A stretch of DNA of 64,000 bases. It comes from a virus. Taxonomy: Duplodnaviria; Heunggongvirae; Uroviricota; Caudoviricetes. The notes under the pieces are model-generated. The model had not been told where the DNA came from. It did no database searches and saw only the letters and a list, made by a program, of their open reading frames with translations. Of this stretch, positions 1-9,512 are shown in pieces. The first letter of the stretch is position 1; every line of letters begins with the position of its first letter. A program made the position numbers and the translations under genes. The stretch lies in the IMG/VR virus record IMGVR_UViG_3300021963_000033; one strand, given 5' to 3'.

Positions 1-145
1 TTGCCAGAGGACTTCCACCTGCAGTGGTTCCATCATGAACAACTATTGTATCTTTTGTTGTGTCGACAGTAACTTCGCCGTTAGCACCCGTAAAGGCAGA
101 GTGCTGAACAGTAGTTCCTCTTCTAAGTTGTAAAATCGTTGCCAT
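1..145 (-). CDS. Mtd_N-like (major tropism determinant N-terminal) fibre-associated protein, 5' part only (runs off window)
   Basis: My translation from ATG at 145 is MATILQLRRGTTVQHSAFTGANGEVTVDTTKDTIVVHDGTTAGGSPLA, which has the LRRG...GE.TVDT....VHDG.T.GG pattern. Not in the ORF track. Confidence 0.8.
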   Translation of the reverse strand, partial: MATILQLRRGTTVQHSAFTGANGEVTVDTTKDTIVVHDGTTAGGSPLA

Positions 146-169
146 TTTTATCTCCTAATCCCACTCTAT

Positions 170-373
170 TTAGTTGTATGTTCCACCATCGAGAATGGCA
201 CCGTCTTGGATATTTTCAAGTGAGTTCTTCATCAATTCGTGACCGCCAGTTGTAGAACCGTCGTGGACTCTTACTGACCAGTTGGTTGTGTCGACTGTAA
301 GTTCTGCCTCTGCGCCAATGAATGCTTGGTGCTGAAGGGAACTACCTCTTCTAAGTTTTACTCTGGCTGCCAT
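170..373 (-). CDS. small Mtd_N-like protein ending in DGGTYN
   Basis: KLRRG...AELTVDTTNWSVRVHDGSTTGG has the same pattern as the adjacent gene. Confidence 0.75.
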   Translation of the reverse strand: MAARVKLRRGSSLQHQAFIGAEAELTVDTTNWSVRVHDGSTTGGHELMKNSLENIQDGAILDGGTYN

Positions 374-375
374 GA

Positions 376-726
376 TTATAGACTCCCGTAATCAATTGAG
401 TTATATTCATAAACCGAATCTGTGATCAGTCCGTAATCTAAATCTGCATTTTGATTGAGGCGAACGATTGCTACACCAGGAGTTGTGTCAGTATCAACTC
501 TGAAGTCTCCGAAGATAGTGTCTGCAAATGAGATCGTCGCCACTGACGTGGTATTCGTTCCATCATTTACTTCAACACCACCGAGACTTACGACCGTGCC
601 ATCAGTTTTTTTCGAGAAGATTCTTTGATCTTCTAAATTTATCGCCAATTCTCCAACTGCAAGATCTGCTGCACTTGGTTCTGCGCCTTGGGTTTCACTT
701 CGTTTTACCTGGACTATTGTCGACAT
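376..726 (-). CDS. small fibre-associated protein (hyaluronidase/fibre N-terminal-like domain)
   Basis: IVQVKRS...PSAADLAVGELAINLEDQRIFSK is a recurrent phage fibre N-terminal motif and is paralogous to the N-terminus of 1074..2729. Confidence 0.65.
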   Translation of the reverse strand: MSTIVQVKRSETQGAEPSAADLAVGELAINLEDQRIFSKKTDGTVVSLGGVEVNDGTNTTSVATISFADTIFGDFRVDTDTTPGVAIVRLNQNADLDYGLITDSVYEYNSIDYGSL

Positions 727-1015
727 CTAAATTTCCTTCTGGATTCTGCTCAACCTCGTCAAGGACATATGGTTCATTGGTCTCATCTGCATATGTATAG
801 TCAGACTTCAACTTACCGTCTAAACCCATGTAATCCGATTTTGGAACAGGAACGCTTTGAATGTTTTCTAATACTTGAATCTTTTGCATCAACTCATTGG
901 CATTTTCGTTTGCCATCGTGAGTTGTGTGTTTAACATGATGTTATCAAGCGTTAAAGCTTTCAATCGTTCTGCAAGATTAGCAATATACGAGTTAATAAA
1001 TTTTGTTTGGTCCAT
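695..1015 (-). CDS. hypothetical coiled-coil protein
   Basis: Start moved to MDQTKFIN (ATG 1015, GGAGA SD upstream). Heptad-like N-terminal half. Confidence 0.6.
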   Translation of the reverse strand: MDQTKFINSYIANLAERLKALTLDNIMLNTQLTMANENANELMQKIQVLENIQSVPVPKSDYMGLDGKLKSDYTYADETNEPYVLDEVEQNPEGNLDVDNSPGKTK

Positions 1016-1033
1016 TATGTATCTCCAAGAATT

Positions 1034-1061
1034 ATGGGGGGAAGAAAATCCCTCCCCCCAT
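1034..1061 (-). terminator. GC-rich hairpin, probable intrinsic terminator
   Basis: ATGGGGGGA / TCCCCCCAT 9-bp inverted repeat just after the stop of 1074..2729. The U-tract is weak. Confidence 0.55.
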
Positions 1062-1073
1062 TTCATTTATTTA

Positions 1074-2729
1074 TTAGTATGTACCACCGTCGATATTACC
1101 GAACGCTGGAGCATTGCCTGAACCATTTGATGTCAGGACTTGACCTGCAGTTCCAACAGCAGTTGCTTGGATAGCAGAAGTACCGCCACCGAACAGAACG
1201 CCGTTAGCAGTCAACGACTGAGCGCCAGTACCACCATCTGAAACACCGATTGCCGCTGATAGACCAGAAACTGTTCCACCCGAGAGCGAACCTTCAAGGT
1301 TAGCAACAAGAGTAGCAACCGTGTATCCAGTTCCTGCTACGTTAACAGTTGTTGTTGGTGCAACTTCTAGATCGCGGAAGAGTTTCCACTTGTTGTCAGT
1401 AGCATCACGGAATAGACCAGCATATAGATCCTTCGAACCTGAAGTGTCATACATACCGAACAGACCGATGTCAACCGCATCAGTTGCGTCGTTGTCGTTA
1501 CCAACAAAGACCATTGGATCGGTTACTGAGATAGTTGTCGAGTTAACTGTAGTAGTTGTACCCGCGACTGTTAGGTTACCAGAGATAGTAACGTTTTCGG
1601 CAGTAAGGTCATCCGAATTCAATGTACCGGTTACAGTAACATCATTGAAGGTAACGTCGGCAGTTGTCGAAACGTCCTGACCGATTGCGATTGTTACTTC
1701 ACCGTTAGAAACCGAAGTCGCAACGCCTGTTCCGCCTGAGAAAGTTAGTGTTTCTTCAAGAAGATTGATGGAATCAGTACCTGTGTCACCAGCAACCGAA
1801 AGATCTGTCGAGACAGATACTTCACCAGCAGCAGTCAAACGACCTTGTGCATCAACTGTGAAAGTTGGAATTGCAGAAGCTGAACCGTACGAACCAGCAG
1901 TTACCGCTGTGTTGTCAAGATCGATAGTTCCGTTAGCATAAGATAGACCTACGCCGCCTGATACATAACCGTCAACTGCGTCTTCTACGCGACCAGTTGT
2001 AAAGTATAGGTTTGAACCCTCGGCAAGATCGCCAGTATCGTGGTTCGAAAGTGACGAAACAGTACCAGTTACATCACCAGTAAGGTCGGCATTAACTGAA
2101 TTAAACGTAACGTTTGCGGTTGTTCCAACGTCTTGACCGATGCTGATCTCGCCGTTCGAGTAAGAAACGCCTGTGCCACCCGAAAGGTGATTGTCAACGC
2201 GAGCAGTTGTGAAATAAAGATTGCTTGAACCTTCAGCAAGATCATCGGTATCGAACTGAGAAATTGTCATGTTCGCATCGTTATACGAAATTACACCAGT
2301 TACTGGGTCATACGAGATATCGCCAGTTGCGCTGATTGCGTTTCTTGCTCTTGTATCTGTGTAGTAAAGGTTTGTACCTTCAGCAAGATCGCCTGTGTCA
2401 TGGTTGCTGATGTCAGAAACTTGACCAGTTACGTCACCAACGAGATCTGCGGTAACAGTTCCTGCTGCGAAGTTACCTGAAGCATCACGCTTTACGATTG
2501 TCGAAGCAGTGTTTGCATTTGTGGCACCATCAACAGCAGCGGTATATTTCTTACCACCGATTGCGTCGATTGTTGCACCACCCGAAGAGTTTACAGATTC
2601 GATGTATAGAACACCAGATGCACCATTAGCGGAAGCATCTTGTGCATATGCCATTTCACCGACTAATAGATCGCTCGCTGATGGAGCAGCCGAACCTGCA
2701 CTTCTTTTAATTTGAATAATTGTTGACAT
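1074..2729 (-). CDS. tail fibre-like structural protein
   Basis: Fibre N-terminal motif (IQIKRS...GEMAY), Gly/Thr-rich beta repeats, three DTxDLAEGxxNLY(Y/F)T repeats and a C-terminal IDGGTY. Confidence 0.75.
   Translation of the reverse strand: MSTIIQIKRSAGSAAPSASDLLVGEMAYAQDASANGASGVLYIESVNSSGGATIDAIGGKKYTAAVDGATNANTASTIVKRDASGNFAAGTVTADLVGDVTGQVSDISNHDTGDLAEGTNLYYTDTRARNAISATGDISYDPVTGVISYNDANMTISQFDTDDLAEGSSNLYFTTARVDNHLSGGTGVSYSNGEISIGQDVGTTANVTFNSVNADLTGDVTGTVSSLSNHDTGDLAEGSNLYFTTGRVEDAVDGYVSGGVGLSYANGTIDLDNTAVTAGSYGSASAIPTFTVDAQGRLTAAGEVSVSTDLSVAGDTGTDSINLLEETLTFSGGTGVATSVSNGEVTIAIGQDVSTTADVTFNDVTVTGTLNSDDLTAENVTISGNLTVAGTTTTVNSTTISVTDPMVFVGNDNDATDAVDIGLFGMYDTSGSKDLYAGLFRDATDNKWKLFRDLEVAPTTTVNVAGTGYTVATLVANLEGSLSGGTVSGLSAAIGVSDGGTGAQSLTANGVLFGGGTSAIQATAVGTAGQVLTSNGSGNAPAFGNIDGGTY
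2000..2405 (-). repeat. three intragenic (H/F)DT(G/D)DLAEG-x1-2-NLY(Y/F)T protein repeats
   Basis: NHDTGDLAEGTNLYYT, QFDTDDLAEGSSNLYFT and NHDTGDLAEGSNLYFT in the 551-aa ORF. Boundaries approximate. Confidence 0.8.
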
Positions 2730-2762
2730 TTAAGATCATTCCTTCTTTTGGTTGTCTTTGGT

Positions 2763-2978
2763 TTAATACGTTCCACCGTCTATATTATCTAATCTCACTT
2801 CGGTTGCAGGATTTACTGCCTCCCATTTTTTAGTAGTAGTATTGTAGATTAGCGTGTATCCATCTTCGATACCATCTAGGTCCACGTCTGCCAGCGTCGC
2901 AACTTTAGTTTGCGTCCGTTTGCTCACTATATTTGTATTTATATTATTTGGATTTCCTACGGTAACTCTAAGTGCCAT
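2763..2978 (-). CDS. small fibre-associated protein ending IDGGTY
   Basis: LADVDLDGIEDGYTLIYNTTTKKWEA is a fibre-type repeat. The C-terminus is shared with its neighbours. Confidence 0.65.
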   Translation of the reverse strand: MALRVTVGNPNNINTNIVSKRTQTKVATLADVDLDGIEDGYTLIYNTTTKKWEAVNPATEVRLDNIDGGTY

Positions 2979-3307
2979 TATCTTGTCACTCCTGGACTGA
3001 CTACGACGATTCCTTCTAGGACTCGCAGAGTTTCATCAACACTGGTAATTTCAATATCATATACATATCTACCTGCTCTAATCGCATGTGTTTGTTCTGC
3101 AGTCATTGATATGGTTACTTCGCCATCCAGCGGCGAAGTAATCTCTGCAGTAAAATCTATAGCAGTATTAGTGTAATAAGATTTGCGCATTTGCGCTGCT
3201 GCTGTGTATGCAGTAAGATCTTTAGGATCTCCGTTCTGATCACCTATCCCGAGCGGAAAAGAAAATGTAGTTCCCTGATCAATAAAAATATTTTGAACTT
3301 GTGCCAT
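2978..3307 (-). CDS. BppU-N/LtfC-like Ig-fold virion structural protein
   Basis: IDQGTTF...DLTAYTAAAQMRKSY...GRYVYDIEI...RVLEGIVVVSPGVTR is typical of T4-like fibre modules. Confidence 0.75.
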   Translation of the reverse strand: MAQVQNIFIDQGTTFSFPLGIGDQNGDPKDLTAYTAAAQMRKSYYTNTAIDFTAEITSPLDGEVTISMTAEQTHAIRAGRYVYDIEITSVDETLRVLEGIVVVSPGVTR

Positions 3308-3317
3308 CAGAAACCCT

Positions 3318-3342
3318 TATAAATTATACGTGAATATTTATA
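3318..3342. promoter_or_regulatory. divergent T4-type late promoters
   Basis: Exact TATAAATA on the minus strand at 3335-3342 (toward fibre genes) and near-consensus TATAAATT on the plus strand at 3318-3325 (toward glycosyltransferases). Confidence 0.6.
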
Positions 3343-3356
3343 ACAATGAGAATACT

Positions 3357-4034
3357 ATGAAATCCATTTTAATGCTAAAATACGGAAAAAAATATTCCGC
3401 TATAGATGTAAATAGAATAGTAAATGATACTGGTAGGAAGTATACCTACGTTTGTTTTACCGACGACCCAACAGATTTAGATCCGATTGTTGTTGCTTGT
3501 CCGTTACCAGATGACGTAGAAGGTCATTGGTATAAGGTTTGGATGTTCAGTCAACGAGGGTTTGGTGACGTTCTTTATCTAGATCTAGATATTCGCATTC
3601 AAAATAATATTGATCATCTATGGAAATACCTTGACAATCATCCGACAATAGCGTATACTTATTGGAAGAATAAAGAGTTTCCTGATCATGTCGGAGACAC
3701 TCATGGTATGCGCTATTTGAGCAACTACAACTCAAGTGTAATGATGTGGAAAGATGGGACGGTTCAACATATATGGGAACACTTCGAACAAAACTCTGAT
3801 TACTACATGGTTAAATACTTTGGTGATGATAGATTTTTGTGGCACGAAGATTTTAGATTTAATTACTTTCCGAAAGGTGAGATATATTCGTTCGTATATG
3901 GTGCAGACTATTATGGTATAGATGATCACAATGAATCCTTCTGGTATAGACCAGAATATACCATAGCATTATTAAATGGGTTAGACCAGTTTCCTGGAGC
4001 AGATAAAGAGTATGATCAATTTCGTATGCATTAA
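3357..4034 (+). CDS. GT-A fold glycosyltransferase-like protein, paralogue 1
   Basis: KYGKKYS, CFTDD, YLDLDI (DxD), NSSVMMW, GDDRFLW. Start moved to MKSIL. Confidence 0.7.
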   Translation: MKSILMLKYGKKYSAIDVNRIVNDTGRKYTYVCFTDDPTDLDPIVVACPLPDDVEGHWYKVWMFSQRGFGDVLYLDLDIRIQNNIDHLWKYLDNHPTIAYTYWKNKEFPDHVGDTHGMRYLSNYNSSVMMWKDGTVQHIWEHFEQNSDYYMVKYFGDDRFLWHEDFRFNYFPKGEIYSFVYGADYYGIDDHNESFWYRPEYTIALLNGLDQFPGADKEYDQFRMH

Positions 4035-4770
4035 GTGGGGTGACAAGTATTCCGCCAAATATGTGAATAATCTTTACAACATGGTAAAGAAGAACTACGC
4101 CAACCTGTTCACATTCACTTGTTATACTGATGATGCTGATGGTTTAATTTGCGATACTGCACCTATACCAGACGATGGTATCCTACATCCCAAATATTGG
4201 TTTGGTACAGAAACCTTCTGTTTTGACCGAGCAAAGTTTTCAGTATTTAATTCACACAACTGGTTAGGTTACGAAGGAAACTGGTGTTATTTTGATCTTG
4301 ACGTGGTAATCCAAGAAGATATAACTGATGTTCTAGAACTTGCGCAAAAACCTCGTATCATTCAATGTCGATGGCAACCGCAATCACAAAAGCATGACAG
4401 ATTGTTTATTGATACTAGAGGCACCTTTTTTAATTCCAGTATGATGCTTTGGCCTGGTAAATCATGCGAGCATATCTACAATGATACCATGGAGAATTCC
4501 GAATCGATATTTAAAACTTTCTTCAAAGGAAGTGACAACTACCATTATTGGAGACAGCGAGATTTCTGGAAAGATATTCCAGGCGGATGGATCTATTCTT
4601 GGAATCGAGGAAAGCATTACCCAGATGATATTGAACGATTTAAGTTTCGATCCGATGCTAAGATTTGCTTGTTCAATACGGATAATGTTCCACATCCTTC
4701 TGCCAAAGAACAAATTAAACTATTAGAATGTGAACACGAAGACATCCTCAGATTGTGGAACTGCGAATGA
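4012..4770 (+). CDS. GT-A fold glycosyltransferase-like protein, paralogue 2
   Basis: CIKWGDKYS, CYTDD, YFDLDV, NSSMMLW, GSDNYHYW. Confidence 0.72.
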   Translation: MINFVCIKWGDKYSAKYVNNLYNMVKKNYANLFTFTCYTDDADGLICDTAPIPDDGILHPKYWFGTETFCFDRAKFSVFNSHNWLGYEGNWCYFDLDVVIQEDITDVLELAQKPRIIQCRWQPQSQKHDRLFIDTRGTFFNSSMMLWPGKSCEHIYNDTMENSESIFKTFFKGSDNYHYWRQRDFWKDIPGGWIYSWNRGKHYPDDIERFKFRSDAKICLFNTDNVPHPSAKEQIKLLECEHEDILRLWNCE

Positions 4771-5585
4771 GAGTTAATTACATCTGCTGTAAATGGGGAA
4801 CAAAGTATTCCGCTGAGTTTGTCAACCGTCTCTATCGCATGGCAAAGAAGCACACTCCAGACAATTTTGAGTTTCATTTCTATTGCTATACAGATAACAG
4901 TGATGGTTTTGATAGTGAAATTAAAGTTATCGACTTCCCAGACATTCCCGACATCCATCCGAAATACTGGTTTGGTTCCGAAGATTTCAAATATGGTATG
5001 GCACGTTGTTGGGACAGACCAAAGACCTTTATCTTCAATACACACAACTTCGCAGAAGATAAACCGACTGGCAGATTTGTATTCTTCGATCTTGACGTAA
5101 TCATTCAAAATGATTTAACGCCGATTATTACCTACGATCTAGAGAATCCTACTAAGTTTCGATCGTGGTGGCAGGATCCTCGTCCAATGAAGTCGCGCAA
5201 CTTTAAGTTATCGCATGGTGCATATACGAATGGTAGTTGCATGGTATGGTCAAATGATCAGACAGAATGTATTTGGCAGGATGTTCTAGAGCACCAAGAA
5301 CGTATTTGGTTTACGTTTACAGATGGCACAGACAACTATCACAGTTGGCGGTGGGGCGACTTCAGCAATACGCCTCTATGGAAACACTTTCCTAATACAT
5401 TTGCATACTCATATAACCGAGGTCGCGACTGGGATTCTAGAGATCTTGAAGTTGGTATATATAGAAAAGACTGTATTGTTTGCGTCTTTAACGTGGATCT
5501 ACTTCCATTTACAGACAATAGCAGAGGTAAAGTGAAACAGGAATCGCTCGTCGATCCTAATTTATTAGAGCATTGGAATGTTTGA
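4767..5585 (+). CDS. GT-A fold glycosyltransferase-like protein, paralogue 3
   Basis: CCKWGTKYS, CYTDN, FFDLDV, NGSCMVW, GTDNYHSW. ATGA overlap with the previous gene. Confidence 0.72.
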   Translation: MRVNYICCKWGTKYSAEFVNRLYRMAKKHTPDNFEFHFYCYTDNSDGFDSEIKVIDFPDIPDIHPKYWFGSEDFKYGMARCWDRPKTFIFNTHNFAEDKPTGRFVFFDLDVIIQNDLTPIITYDLENPTKFRSWWQDPRPMKSRNFKLSHGAYTNGSCMVWSNDQTECIWQDVLEHQERIWFTFTDGTDNYHSWRWGDFSNTPLWKHFPNTFAYSYNRGRDWDSRDLEVGIYRKDCIVCVFNVDLLPFTDNSRGKVKQESLVDPNLLEHWNV

Positions 5586-6268
5586 TGATTAATATTTACA
5601 CAGTGAAGTGGGGATTCAAATATAGTGTTGACCATGTTAATAAAATACTCGAGCAATGCAGAGAACACATAACATCTGATTTCAATTTTTACTGCTTGAC
5701 TGAACACACAATTGGTTTACATTCTGACGTTATTGTAATTCCCTTCCCAGAAGATAACTACTATGAAAAATGGTGGAATAAATTATACTTATTCGATAAG
5801 CAAGTTGTATCTCAGCATGGAGAAAAACTATTTCTGGATCTAGATATAGTTATTCAAAACAATATCGATTGCATTGTAGACCACGATCCAGAAGATAGAT
5901 TGACATTTGTTCGCACCCACTGGCACAACATGAAGAAAATGAAACGCGATACGCAAGATATTCCTCGCGCATATACCGAACTAAATTCTAGCGTGTTAAG
6001 ATGGAATGACAGATTAGATGTTGATAAGATTACCAAGTTTGTCACAGATTATCCTGATCAAATGTTTTTTCATTATCGGGGTCTTGATAATCTTTTCGGA
6101 CATCAGCGCGACCGCTTATTGAAAATTGATTTTTTCCCATCTGGTTGGGTGTATAGTTACAACTACGGATATATGTGGCCAGTCGATACTAGAGAACAAA
6201 TTATCCGACCCGAACCACTAATTTGCCTATATGATTCTATGGAAAGACCACAAGATGTTAAATTATAA
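5585..6268 (+). CDS. GT-A fold glycosyltransferase-like protein, paralogue 4
   Basis: VKWGFKYS, CLTE, WWNKLYLF, FLDLDI, NSSVLRW, GLDNLF. TGATG overlap. Confidence 0.72.
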   Translation: MINIYTVKWGFKYSVDHVNKILEQCREHITSDFNFYCLTEHTIGLHSDVIVIPFPEDNYYEKWWNKLYLFDKQVVSQHGEKLFLDLDIVIQNNIDCIVDHDPEDRLTFVRTHWHNMKKMKRDTQDIPRAYTELNSSVLRWNDRLDVDKITKFVTDYPDQMFFHYRGLDNLFGHQRDRLLKIDFFPSGWVYSYNYGYMWPVDTREQIIRPEPLICLYDSMERPQDVKL

Positions 6269-6911
6269 TTACCTAAACAACTATCGCTTCTGGGGCGAAG
6301 GATTAGACAAGATCAACCACGAACTACCATGGAAGCATGAAGATTTTCGTAAATCGTTGAATCCCAATACGATGGACGCTGCTATTTGGTTGGTAGAAGA
6401 ACTACTGAAAGTAGAAGATATCCCAGAAGAATTGAATATTACAATTTTGAATTCGTGGTTGGGATTTCCCCTAGTACCATTACTCTGTGAAAATTTAAAT
6501 GTCAAAAAGATTAATTTGATCGACATTGATAAAGATGCCTTAGAACTATCGAAAGTGTTCAATCGTTATTATATTGACAATGGCATCGAGATGGATCATA
6601 TCAACTGGGATGTTCCCTTTGCATATCATGATATAAATGCAATAAATACTGATATGGTAATTTCTATTAGTTGTGAATCTATGTACCCATTGAAAAAAAT
6701 GACTACTGCAAATAAAGATTGCATCTTTGCGTGTCAGTCATCCAATGTTTTCAGAGAGATGTATGGTATTAATTGTGTTCCAACTATTGGGGAACATGTT
6801 AACAATGTTGGAGTTACCAATGTTTTATATGATGGTTCAATTAAACAGTCATATTACAGTTGGGATGGTAAGGTCGAGTTTGATCGTTTTATGGTAATCG
6901 GGAAGAAGTAA
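6255..6911 (+). CDS. class I SAM-dependent methyltransferase-like protein
   Basis: ITILNSWLG / INLIDID / MVISISCE Rossmann-type motifs. Paralogous to 50994..51578. Confidence 0.5.
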   Translation: MLNYNYLNNYRFWGEGLDKINHELPWKHEDFRKSLNPNTMDAAIWLVEELLKVEDIPEELNITILNSWLGFPLVPLLCENLNVKKINLIDIDKDALELSKVFNRYYIDNGIEMDHINWDVPFAYHDINAINTDMVISISCESMYPLKKMTTANKDCIFACQSSNVFREMYGINCVPTIGEHVNNVGVTNVLYDGSIKQSYYSWDGKVEFDRFMVIGKK

Positions 6912-6912
6912 C

Positions 6913-7647
6913 ATGGCAAGAGCAAGAGTCGTAGCACCACCACCACAAGATTATATTCCAGAACCTCTGGTAAATACCGTGGTTGTTGAACAGGAATCGC
7001 TAATCATTGAGGAAAGTATTCCTGAAGTATCGATTTGGGAAGATGGTAATTATGAAGAAGAAACCATCTCTGACCCATCGCCCGAAGAAATCGAGCAAGA
7101 ACGACTTGCGCAAGAGAAACATAATCAATTACAACAAAAGAAGTTAGAAGAGCAACAACTAGCGAAAGATGCAGAAGAAGCACTCGCCAAGGCAAAAGAG
7201 ATTATAGCAAATCCGCCTGTTGTAATTGAGACTGTAATAGAAACTGTCGTGGAGACAGTACATGTTCAGGATCCAGAAATCCTCAAAGAAATAGAAAATC
7301 TGCGCAAAGAAAATGAACAATTGTTGCAGATGAAACAAGCAATTGAAAAAACCAAAGAAGAAAAAATTCTTGCTGCCAGAAATAAAATGACTGAGCAAAA
7401 AGGCAATCAATTAAATTTGGTTACGCAGAGAAAACCTTCTTTGATGAATAGATTTAAAAATTATCTTCGCGCACGTCGAATAAAAAAAGCGACAGTCTCC
7501 ATCACAGGCAATAAAAACTATGAGACCGCCATAATTGAACGAGCAAAAATGGCGGTCCCTAAAATATTAGATGACATGGAAAAAATTCACGAGGAGTTGG
7601 TTATCTTTGAAGAACTTCTGGCAAAATATTTAGCACAGAAAAAGTAA
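6913..7647 (+). CDS. hypothetical acidic coiled-coil protein
   Basis: Long E/Q/K-rich ORF that continues the operon. No family recognised. Confidence 0.6.
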   Translation: MARARVVAPPPQDYIPEPLVNTVVVEQESLIIEESIPEVSIWEDGNYEEETISDPSPEEIEQERLAQEKHNQLQQKKLEEQQLAKDAEEALAKAKEIIANPPVVIETVIETVVETVHVQDPEILKEIENLRKENEQLLQMKQAIEKTKEEKILAARNKMTEQKGNQLNLVTQRKPSLMNRFKNYLRARRIKKATVSITGNKNYETAIIERAKMAVPKILDDMEKIHEELVIFEELLAKYLAQKK

Positions 7648-8325
7648 TCAACCGAAGTGCGACGCATCTTCACCCGAGATATCTTCGATCATTGACCGCC
7701 AGATTTCTAGATGAGGCACAACATAACCTAGTGTCAGTCTCTTGGCAGAGTTACCACAGCAGTGATAGACAATTTTATTGGGATCGCTGCGATCGCCAAA
7801 ATATCCAACCTTACATGACCACCCAACAGGGTCGACCATAGTTACGATTTCTTTTGTGACTGGATCTAAGTAGCGAAAGTATCCACCATTTTCTTCGGCA
7901 TTATATGTTATAAGAATATTATAACCCGATGCATTCCAGTTGGTATGCCAACCCATGAAACCATCTTCAGGATAGTAAGTAAACACCGCATTGTTTCTTG
8001 CACCAAGATAACTGATCAGTTCTCTATTAGTTTCTTGTTGCCTTCTGCCATACTCAGATGGAAACCATGATTGTCCATGCGCCTGTGACATGTCAGTACA
8101 CCATGCAACATCAGGGAATCCAACATGCTTTTCACCTTTACCTACGATGTGGTTCAGATATTGCTCGTCGGTAGCAGTGTCAACTGTTAATCCGCCTCGA
8201 CGTTTTTCCTGCATGTCTTGTGGACCCAGAACAAGATGCTGATCATTTTGAGCGAAGAACCATTTTGTGAATGGATCTAGAATATCGCTTAGTTCTTTAG
8301 AAACTGATTTTGTAAATTGTAGCAT
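7648..8325 (-). CDS. 2OG-Fe(II) oxygenase/cupin-like protein
   Basis: FMGWHTN...YHC...RLTLGY double-stranded beta-helix pattern, with HxN rather than HxD. Confidence 0.5.
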   Translation of the reverse strand: MLQFTKSVSKELSDILDPFTKWFFAQNDQHLVLGPQDMQEKRRGGLTVDTATDEQYLNHIVGKGEKHVGFPDVAWCTDMSQAHGQSWFPSEYGRRQQETNRELISYLGARNNAVFTYYPEDGFMGWHTNWNASGYNILITYNAEENGGYFRYLDPVTKEIVTMVDPVGWSCKVGYFGDRSDPNKIVYHCCGNSAKRLTLGYVVPHLEIWRSMIEDISGEDASHFG

Positions 8326-8336
8326 GCGTGTCCTGT

Positions 8337-9032
8337 TTAACTTAGTAAAGAATGCGGAATTGTGTAATGATAAATCACTACTGGTTGACCTTGTAATTCT
8401 TCTTTTTTATATCCGGAAACAAAGTTCCACCTAGCATCTGGATCAGGGAATCTGGCAGTCTTGACACCAAAATCGTAATGATTCAAAAGTCTCCACATTG
8501 TGAATGTGTCCCACTGTAGTGCAGATTCGGGATAATGTTTGCGATCCCATCCTGGTTTATTCTGCTCCCAATACTCACCATACCATGCACGCATGAGGTT
8601 TAATGTTTGTTCATTATTTCGATAGACGAACAACCCGCAGTGCTCAGTCATTTCTTCCGTATCAGATAACTTAGTCAGTGCTGCGTTATATGGACGATTG
8701 GCAGTAAACAATACATCTACATCTTCAGGTATCTGATCAAAGATCTTAGTTATGTCTTCGTGTTCAACTTCCGTATCACAATCCATGTAAACTGTCAGAT
8801 CGTATGGAGTTTGATCAAGCGCCCAAAGTTTTGCTCGCTTGTCCCGTGGTACGTTTTCAGTAATTACTGTATCAAAAATTTCATGATCATCTGGTTGAAC
8901 CCATTCCTCGTGCGTGAAGAATGTTATTTTTGCATCAGGATAGAAATCGCGTAGAGATATAGCGGAATTTCTCGCCGCCCTGTAGTAACCTTTTCTTACT
9001 GTTGCTACGTAGAGGAAACCATTATTCTGCAT
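8337..9032 (-). CDS. GT8-like/nucleotide-diphospho-sugar transferase
   Basis: GFLYVAT, KLWALDQTPYDLTVYMDCDT (DxD), WDTFTMW, WNF, IYHY. Start moved to MQNNG. Confidence 0.7.
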   Translation of the reverse strand: MQNNGFLYVATVRKGYYRAARNSAISLRDFYPDAKITFFTHEEWVQPDDHEIFDTVITENVPRDKRAKLWALDQTPYDLTVYMDCDTEVEHEDITKIFDQIPEDVDVLFTANRPYNAALTKLSDTEEMTEHCGLFVYRNNEQTLNLMRAWYGEYWEQNKPGWDRKHYPESALQWDTFTMWRLLNHYDFGVKTARFPDPDARWNFVSGYKKEELQGQPVVIYHYTIPHSLLS

Positions 9033-9477
9033 CGACTGCTTCTTGAACAATAGCAGCATTCGCTTCTTCTTGTTGCAGAAGAATAACCGTATAAGCAGTA
9101 ACTTCCATGATGTTCTTTGCTTTACGAATCTTAGATTTCAACTCGCGATTCTTTGAAGACTTAATTAGATCGATCTCGAACGCATCTAGTTTAGCAGCAA
9201 ACAGTTGCTCTTGCTGCATACGAGTCTTGTCAACCTTCTGGCGTTCAATGTTATGCTTAATATGTTGATTGCGGTCATCAAAACGCTTCTGGGTATTCGC
9301 ATCAATCTGCTCGATACTATACTTCTTCATCAACTCATCAAAGTCGCGATTAGTTCCGTCGTTCATAATCGATGCAGTCGCTCGTTTACCCGTGTCAGGA
9401 TAAACGAACTCTGCGATGACATGTTGTTTTTCTTTATTCGCCCAGTAAGGATTTTCAATAGTGCGTGTGGTAGTCAT
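9022..9477 (-). CDS. hypothetical protein (possible fibre chaperone)
   Basis: Clean ORF with GGAG SD directly downstream of the repeat fibres. Function inferred from position only. Confidence 0.55.
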   Translation of the reverse strand: MTTTRTIENPYWANKEKQHVIAEFVYPDTGKRATASIMNDGTNRDFDELMKKYSIEQIDANTQKRFDDRNQHIKHNIERQKVDKTRMQQEQLFAAKLDAFEIDLIKSSKNRELKSKIRKAKNIMEVTAYTVILLQQEEANAAIVQEAVDAE

Positions 9478-9512
9478 TCAAATCTCCATTAAAAAATAAT
9501 TTCTCAATATTA

